Made by a program: the position numbers and the translations under genes
Part shown: positions 56,344 through 64,000 of the stretch, in pieces
Layout of the letters: each line of letters begins with the position of its first letter
Numbering within the stretch: the first letter of the stretch is position 1
Assembly: GCA_951406725.2 (NCBI GenBank)
Contig: OX597823.1
Span: 102,114,001 to 102,178,000 of the forward strand
Direction of reading: 5' to 3'
From: Octopus vulgaris
Taxonomy: Eukaryota
Length of the DNA stretch: 64,000 nucleotides
The notes under the pieces: generated by a model
The model's database searches: none
What the model saw: the letters and a program-made list of their open reading frames with translations, nothing else
Told to the model about the DNA's origin: nothing

Positions 56344-57316
56344 CTTCACAGTAAATAGCGAAAACGAGAGTAAAGCCCACCCGCTCCAACATCAAATAAT
56401 TGTAGAGACTCTTTTACATGTATTGAGTACATTTTCTCTTGTTGGTAAAATTTTTTTCTTTCTCCATTACAGAATTTAATATACGCACGTGATTTTAAAA
56501 GAAAGTTATCTGAAGGCTAAAAATATACGCTAACAAAGGTTGATTAAACATACAATGGACTGAAGAAAAATGACCGAAAATGCCTGCTAATGGTAGGATT
56601 TAAGAAATTGGAGTTTCGATAGAAACGTGGTGGCTTGGCTGCAGCAAAAGAAGTTCTTCGTCTCAATTCACAGTTAAGACCATTTTACATTAAATTTCGT
56701 CGTTATATATACTCAGAAAATACATGACCGCCATATTATCCCACTTGTTAAAATATTGTCTCATTTTGACCACTTAAAAGAAAATAATGTAAGTGTGAGT
56801 GAAATGAAAGAAAAAATAATTCAACGTAATACGTATGCTAACAGTTCAATGGAAATAAGCTACTTACGTCACCGGTGTTGTCTTTCTAGCAGTTCCTGTT
56901 GGAATGAATTCCCGTCGGGTAGTTTGTCAAGTTTTGTGTTGTCTCCAAGCAACGTGCGCAAAAACGCCCTTAGTTACTGGTGCTTGACAACTATACTAAA
57001 CATTCTCAACAGCTCACACACTTGCAGAACTATGATTATTGATAAGACTCAATTCTTTGGGGTCGTATGTAGGCAGAAGTGGTGAGGAGGCTTTTCCCTG
57101 GAAAGAGGGAGGAGACGCCGTTTCTGTGTTATGACAAAATCTCAATTACTGAATGCTTTGGGTTTTTTTTTTTATTTTGCTTATGATTTCTATGCACTTA
57201 ATTTTTTATGTAAATATATGTATATGTGTGTGAGTGTAAGTATGTATGTATGTATACATCCACACGCGAGCACGTATACATACATACATACATACATACA
57301 TACATACATACATACA

Positions 57317-57352
<36 letters not shown>

Positions 57353-57457
57353 TATGCGCATACATATTGTATATAAATATATATATACATGTATTAAATA
57401 TAATCTACAAAATAGAATATGGGTGTGCACACACGGACACACACACACACACACACG

Positions 57458-57494
<37 letters not shown>

Positions 57495-57559
57495 AGGTAG
57501 TGGTGTTTGAGTAAGCGATGATACCGATTGGCAATCTAAATAAATTCCATGTTGATCAT

Positions 57560-57800
57560 ATCAACGAATTCAAGTCTTTGAGATTTTAAGATAACAAGTC
57601 TTCTCAACTCACGAAGATCTAAGGAAACATTACCGAATCGTGGGAGCCAATTTTCTGCAACTCTTCTATCAGGATCTTCAGTTCCAGTATTCCTGCTGCT
57701 ATTTTTACCACTCTTAATACAACAGAGATTAGTTTTATTTGCATTTTTCAAAGTTTTTCTCAAGATTTCTGACCAAGATTTGATACTTTTCAGTTAATTT
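57560..57800 (-). pseudogene. Degenerate mariner transposase N-terminal HTH relic
   Basis: KSGKNS...RRVAENWLPRFGNVSLDLRE resembles the mariner TAQxWFxRFRxGxFDLED motif. Confidence 0.45.
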
Positions 57801-58347
57801 CTGTTTCATAAAAACGGTGAAGTGACAGAAATTGCTAGAACATCGTGTAGAATGATTTACGACATTTCTTTCAACTCCTTACGGTTCCAAGTTCAAATCT
57901 TGTTGACATCAGCTTTGCTTCTCATCCTCTGCGGGTCGATATTATAAAATAATGGTCATGAACTGGGGGTGATACAATTGATTATACACTTCCCTCAACT
58001 TTGAAACCTTGTGTCAGTAAGTTCTGGTGGGATTTTTTTTTCGTCCGCTTTGGCTCTTCTTTTACATATTGTAACAAAATCAATGATCGTTTCTGGCATT
58101 ATGATCCTAGACACTCATCAAATCTCTGTTACGTGTTTAATTTATTTTGAAATGAATCCTACTCTAGTTTATGATGCCCACCTTCAGTAATAGCTTCTGA
58201 CTGGTGTTTGTGCACAATTTTCAATTTCTTAAATTTTATATTTCCTACTAACTTCAATGTTTTCCCTGTCCTGTGTCATCATCGTCGTCATCGATATTAA
58301 TATTAGAATTAAGCTTCCTTTTTTTTGTTTATTGTGTATTGTGTACT

Positions 58348-58424
<77 letters not shown>

Positions 58425-58462
58425 CTTTATTTAAAGCAGCAGAAAATTCAACAAAATCTATC

Positions 58463-58521
58463 ACTCTGAGTTTCTCGTTGCCGTTCATCAATCTGATGAA
58501 CGGCAGCGAGAAACTCAGAGT
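58463..58521. repeat. 28-bp palindrome made of head-to-head hammerhead-like cores
   Basis: actctgagtttctcgttgccgttcatca-atc-tgatgaacggcagcgagaaactcagagt. Confidence 0.8.
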
Positions 58522-58584
58522 ACTCTACCACTGGTATTTGAGTACTCTTTTTTCCACCTTGTTTCACATTTATGTGTTTACTCC

Positions 58585-58749
<165 letters not shown>

Positions 58750-58787
58750 GTATATATATATATGTGTGCGTGTGTGTGTGTGTATGT

Positions 58788-59145
58788 ATCACCTTGATCA
58801 CCTTGACCGACCAGTCCGTCAGGCGTCCATTTGACACCGCTGGTCATAGCACGCTGTCCACTCCTCTCTGGATCGCGCCTTTCTCATCCACGTGATCCCA
58901 ATCGTCCTCCTGAACTCGTAACTCCACCGTCGTGGAGGTCTTCTGGGTGGTCTTTTCCGCTCGCGCGGGTACCACTCGACAACCGCGTGGGTCCACCGAT
59001 TATCGGTGAGCCGGGCGACGTGTCCAGCCCATCTATACTTGCTGCGTGTATACTCTGCGATGACATCTCTCACGCCGGACTTCTTTCTGATGATCTCGCT
59101 ACTGATGTGCTCTCTCAACGAGATACCAAGCATTGACATTTCCAT
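58788..59145 (-). mobile_element. 5'-truncated RTE-clade LINE (ORF C-terminus plus tandem-repeat tail)
   Basis: MLGISLREHISSEIIRKKSGV...KYRWAGHVAR...RKRPPRRPPRRW is a typical RTE C-terminus. Flanked by TA/TG microsatellite. Confidence 0.88.
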
Positions 59146-59249
59146 ATATATATTTTTGTTTTTATCATTTCATTAAATGTAAATCCACACACTTTATGTC
59201 TGTCATTGTATTGTTCCCCTCATCTTTCGCCCTGGTGGAAAATAAAAGA

Positions 59250-59250
<1 letters not shown>

Positions 59251-59304
<54 letters not shown>

Positions 59305-59321
59305 GTTATTGTTATTATTAC

Positions 59322-59387
<66 letters not shown>
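59251..59387. repeat. (ATT)n microsatellite
   Basis: Direct inspection. Confidence 0.97.
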
Positions 59388-59939
59388 CAGCACGCCGAGC
59401 TAGTAATGTCTTCCCGCTTTGTCAGAGCTGCTGACATGGTGCAAGGGAAGACCAAGATTTGGACGCAGAGACATCTAGAATGTGGTGAGATGCTTGCAGT
59501 TTACTACTGGTTGAGTAGGGTTGTTGGTGTTACGTCAACCCTTGTTGAGCATTGTGATGACATTTACGGGAAAATGTTAGGGGTTGACTCAAATCAACAA
59601 AACAATCAATTCTTTAGAACTTTCTGCCCAGGGACTACAGATAGGTTTTTAAAAAACTGGCCCAGTAACGTTGTCTTATAACATTGCCAATTTGGGATAA
59701 ACTTTACCGGCACAGAAGTGCAGTCAACTGAATCTATTTTAAATGTTTCACAGAGCAGGGAATCTTTTCTACACACACTCGTACATTATTCGAACATAAC
59801 TGACTTATGGGGTTATGTCAAAAAGTTGTTGTCGACTGTAAGATAGATCTGACAATCAGCCGAGTCTATTGTTAGGATCGCCACAACACAATTTTTTTGG
59901 CTGAGAATGAAAAGCAGTTTTGCTCAAACTGGTGGTAGC

Positions 59940-60435
59940 AGCAAAAAACATGTTGAGGTGCTGAGGACAGTCGTTAAGTCCTGGATGGATAAAGTATGCA
60001 ATAAAAGACAGTTCGTGTTTCAACAAGACTCAGCGTCGTCTCACGAAGCCCACACAACCCAAGAATAGATGTAAGAAAATCTTCACGATCATGTGAAACC
60101 AAACATGTGGCTTCCAAATTTGCCAGATGGACTACAGCATTTAGAGCCTTCTTGAACAGGAGATTAATTGTCATCATCACAATACCATATCTTCACTAAA
60201 TACTGTCATTGTTTCAGTGATGCCTGGAATAAATAAGGACTATTTGTCAACGGTTCCAGTCCTGCATTGAAACTGTCATCGAAGTTGTAGGCAGATTCAA
60301 AGAAAAATTTTAAAAGAAAACTTATCTACATCATGTGCACATTTTTTTGTTAAAATACATTTGGTTTTTGCTATGTTAGAGTTTGTTTTATTAAATTACT
60401 AAATATGTCCTCAAATAATTCTCTCTCCATCCAGT
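59940..60435 (+). pseudogene. Degenerate maT/DD37D-like transposase C-terminus and 3' end
   Basis: VEVLRTVVKSWMDKV...FVFQQDSASSHEAHTTQE...NMWLPNLPD. Confidence 0.75.
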
Positions 60436-61047
60436 ATATATAAGGATTATCTGTATCTCGATTCTAATATATTTAGTTGATAATTTTGTATGACATCCAA
60501 TAAGGTTCATACCTTTCAAACGTTAACATTTTAAAGTAGTAAATAGCACATTTTCTCAAATAGTAGCGTGATGTCCTTAAAAGTAGTGTAATCTGCAAGA
60601 CACAACCCAATCTGGCAAGTCTATATTGAGCTGTGAAACGAAAATTATCTTTTATAGTTAACTTCCGGTTTAGTTTAAATTAACATCCGGCTGAGAAGCG
60701 GGAGTTGTGACTGTCATGGGAAATTTTAGTATCGGATAGCCATAATTTAGTTTCGGATAGCCATAATTTAGTTTCAATACCGACCCAGTCTAAAAATACT
60801 TCAACGTCTTATTTTAAGTTTAAGTAAATATTTGTATGACAATTTTCTTTTACTTAAATGAGCATCTGGATCATTTTATTATTTCTTCTTTCTTCTTCTT
60901 GATCTCTTCACCCTTTCATTTTAATCAATCAACAACACTTGTTAAACACCTGTGTTTTAATCGTGTAAATAGGATATTTACACGACTAAAGACCAGTTTA
61001 CTTCTGCTTTTTCAGAAAATACATTCAGTCTTTGACACAGATTAAAC

Positions 61048-61695
61048 GAAATAATTTGTTTTTCTTTCTCTACACATGTGATACTTGTGTGTGTGCGTGT
61101 GTGTTGTGCATAGGCTTGATAATTTAAACAGGAAAATAGAACTCAAAACAGGAATACATACATTATTTTAATCGGCGGGCGTTAAATAGTGACCCAAAGA
61201 CCGAGAGTTTCATTGGCAATGAGCTTCATAAGTGACAATTCACGGTATTCTCGGCCCTTGGGTCACTTGTAACTGCTGTCGATTGTGTGTGTGTGTGTGT
61301 GTGCATGTATACATACATGCATGCATATGACAGGCTGCCGTACAGTTTCCATCCACCAAACTATACTCACAGGGCATTACCAACCTGACTATAGCAGAAG
61401 ACACTTATAGCAGTGTCTTCTGCTATAGTCAGGTTGGTAATGCCCTGTGAGTATAGTTTGGTGGATGGAAACTGTACGGCAGCCTGTCATATGCATGCAT
61501 GTATGTATACATGCACACACACACACACACACACAATCGACAGCAGTTACAAGTGACCCAAGGGCCGAGAATACCGTGAATTGTCACTTATGAAGCTCAT
61601 TGCCAATGAAATAATTTGTTTTTCTTTCTCTACACATGTGATACTTGTGTGTGTGCGTGTGTGTTGTGCATAGGCTTGATAATTTAAACAGGAAA
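61048..61695. repeat. ~200-bp near-perfect palindrome (61208-61405 / 61412-61611) bracketed by 88-bp direct repeats (61048-61135, 61608-61695)
   Basis: Direct comparison. The arms differ only by one CA unit; spacer is 6 nt. Confidence 0.92.
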
Positions 61696-62400
61696 GTAGT
61701 CTATTTGTGCGATCGAAGCGAACAACGAGGTTTCGTAACGAATTCCATTTTTGTTCGTTTGTTTGCTTTGGAGGCGGAGGTCGATGGAACGAGAGCGTTT
61801 TATTTTATTTGGTCTCTATCATTGGTTCTGACATGCAGTTAAGTTGAAACAGCTTAATTCTTAGGTTTGTGTCTCTTTTAAAACAGAACCATACTGAATC
61901 GTTAGACTACTCACAGAGATTACTTATTTATAGCGTTGCAGGTTTAGGGTAGGACCAAATGCACTTTCTGAAAGAACTCATAGCAGGAAAATTGCGCACG
62001 TTGTATAATGAGTTCTCCGAACAACAATCCTTCGGTTTTATTTCGGTGTAGTCTTCTAGTGACATGCTCTAACGAGAGTTAAGTAGTTCGTCGCACCCGG
62101 CCATCTTCTGGCCAGAAACACGGAATTTCTAAGTCCCAGCATTGTACAACGGACTTCTGCACAGTTTCTGACCATCAAATTCCTTTCATGAGGTATTGGT
62201 CACCCTGTATGTGTGGTGGGTAACACTTATTCAAAGTACTGGACAATGGAGTCGAACCCGTATTTATGCGATTAGAAAGAGAACTTCTTAACCGTGCAGC
62301 CATACCCTCGACTGGTTAAAGAATTAAGCCAAAACCTCAATTCAGCTTCCGACATTTTTGTAAAATGCTGTAAATGTCTCTAAGCTAGAGAGATAGACAT

Positions 62401-62456
<56 letters not shown>

Positions 62457-62460
<4 letters not shown>

Positions 62461-63434
62461 ACGGAATCCCCCGAAAGTTGTTACGGAATCCCACCTGCCG
62501 TCGCTCGAACTCGAACCCGGGATCCCAACAAGTCGAGCGACGACGATTGACCAGGCTCGATCGATCAGAGAAAGTTCGCCACGGAACCCAGAGAGGAGAG
62601 AGACAACAACAACAACAACAGCAGCAGGAAGAGATACAGAGGCAACACAAAGAGGGCAAGGCAATTGGCTTACATTTAACCTACTAGTTTATAACACTTT
62701 ATAATTGTTACAACATCAAATGCATCAAGATACATATCAGGTACATCAAAGAGGAAATACATGCAAGAAACAACACATCAAAGCATTTAAACTTGCAGAT
62801 ACAATATAACAACAGCATTCGGGTACAATATCAGTTCAGATTGATGCAATATACAGTCCGGAGACAACAGTTCTGTTTCAAATCACATTAACGTTACAGT
62901 TCAAATCACATTAAAGGCATATACAGTTCAATGTTCATTAAAGACTACAGCAGACTCTCTCTCTTTCTTTAACAGTTCTGTAACACAATGTTCGTTTCTT
63001 TTACATTTCAATACATCGATTCTTTTTTCCTTCTTTTTCTTCACATATCAAAACATACAATTAACACATACCGTTACATCAGTCAATGCCTCACATTGCA
63101 GTCCCTCTCTATTAGCTGCTTAATCCTCTGTATATCTCTTCCTCAGCCCCTCAACATTTCTCTCACCGTCTCTCTCTGTCACAGCAGAACAGCCACTGCT
63201 AAATCCAAACTGCCAACTGTTTGCCTTGAATCCCAAATCCTGACTACCTTTACAGTTCAAACTTCCTCCCTTTTAAGGGGTGTTTACAACGAACTTTCCC
63301 TGACCGGCACAAGGCCAAAGGTCCCCTAAAAGCTCATTACTCTTTCTAAAACAAAGGACTATAACTTTGCATTGTAGACTTTCAGTCTCCAAGCCAAGCA
63401 AAGTAGGTCGCCAGCTCTGTCCTTAAGTTGAACC

Positions 63435-63440
<6 letters not shown>
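62457..63440. mobile_element. Probable solo LTR inserted in (TA)n
   Basis: TGTT...AACA termini, ATAT on both flanks, ~984 bp non-coding. Confidence 0.65.
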
Positions 63441-63466
<26 letters not shown>

Positions 63467-64000
63467 GCATTTATATGCACATATTTATACACACACACAT
63501 ACATATCTACTACATGTATCTGTCTGTGCGCGCGCACGGATGCGTTTGTATATTTTTCCACCTATATCTTCTATTAACAATATTTTTTGTAATATCTTTT
63601 CAGGTAATTAAATTCTTGTGAAAGCTTCAAGATTTAGATACCAAACACGCGCGTGCACCACTGACTTATATGTGAAATATAGATGAAACTGTAAGTAAAA
63701 TAACCCCACTAGAAGACATTTCAACTGCTGGAAAGATACCATTTCTCCTTGGACAATTGGAAATACATCCTTGGAGATATATATGTATATCTAGCATTAA
63801 TCTCTTGGTCCTTCCTTACAAACAAGGGTCTCTTATTTACCTCTTAGGAAAGTAATTTGATAGCTTTATCTTACTAATTGCTCTCCTCTCTCTTCTAAAT
63901 ACATTATTTAAGGCCTTATCAGTTAAACCAAGACATACTGGGCTTCAGGGCTTTCCCCCACAAACTCTTTCAATTTGCGTTCCTTCTCATTCAAAAGATA

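Overview
AT-rich, microsatellite-dense animal genomic DNA. The repeat landscape looks like an Octopus/cephalopod genome; this is recognised from memory, not from a search. Most ORFs in the track are microsatellite artefacts. The only host gene signal is a minus-strand coding exon of a divergent TPPP/p25-alpha family protein (2191-2390), possibly spliced from an ATG-terminated first exon about 38 kb upstream (donor at 40550). The rest is mobile DNA: three Tx1/L1-type LINE copies in one (GATA)n array (one near full length, two 5'-truncated), an RTE 3' end with a SINE family sharing its tail, several tRNA-derived SINE families, Tigger/maT/mariner relics, MITEs, non-autonomous Helitrons and a solo LTR. 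The most unusual signal is a set of minimal type-I hammerhead ribozyme motifs (2760, 22578, 42953, 58493, degenerate at 56061 and 25700) in short non-coding elements, most with Penelope-style inverted termini. One is a tRNA-headed, SINE-like element carrying a hammerhead. A Penelope-type GIY-YIG relic is also present.
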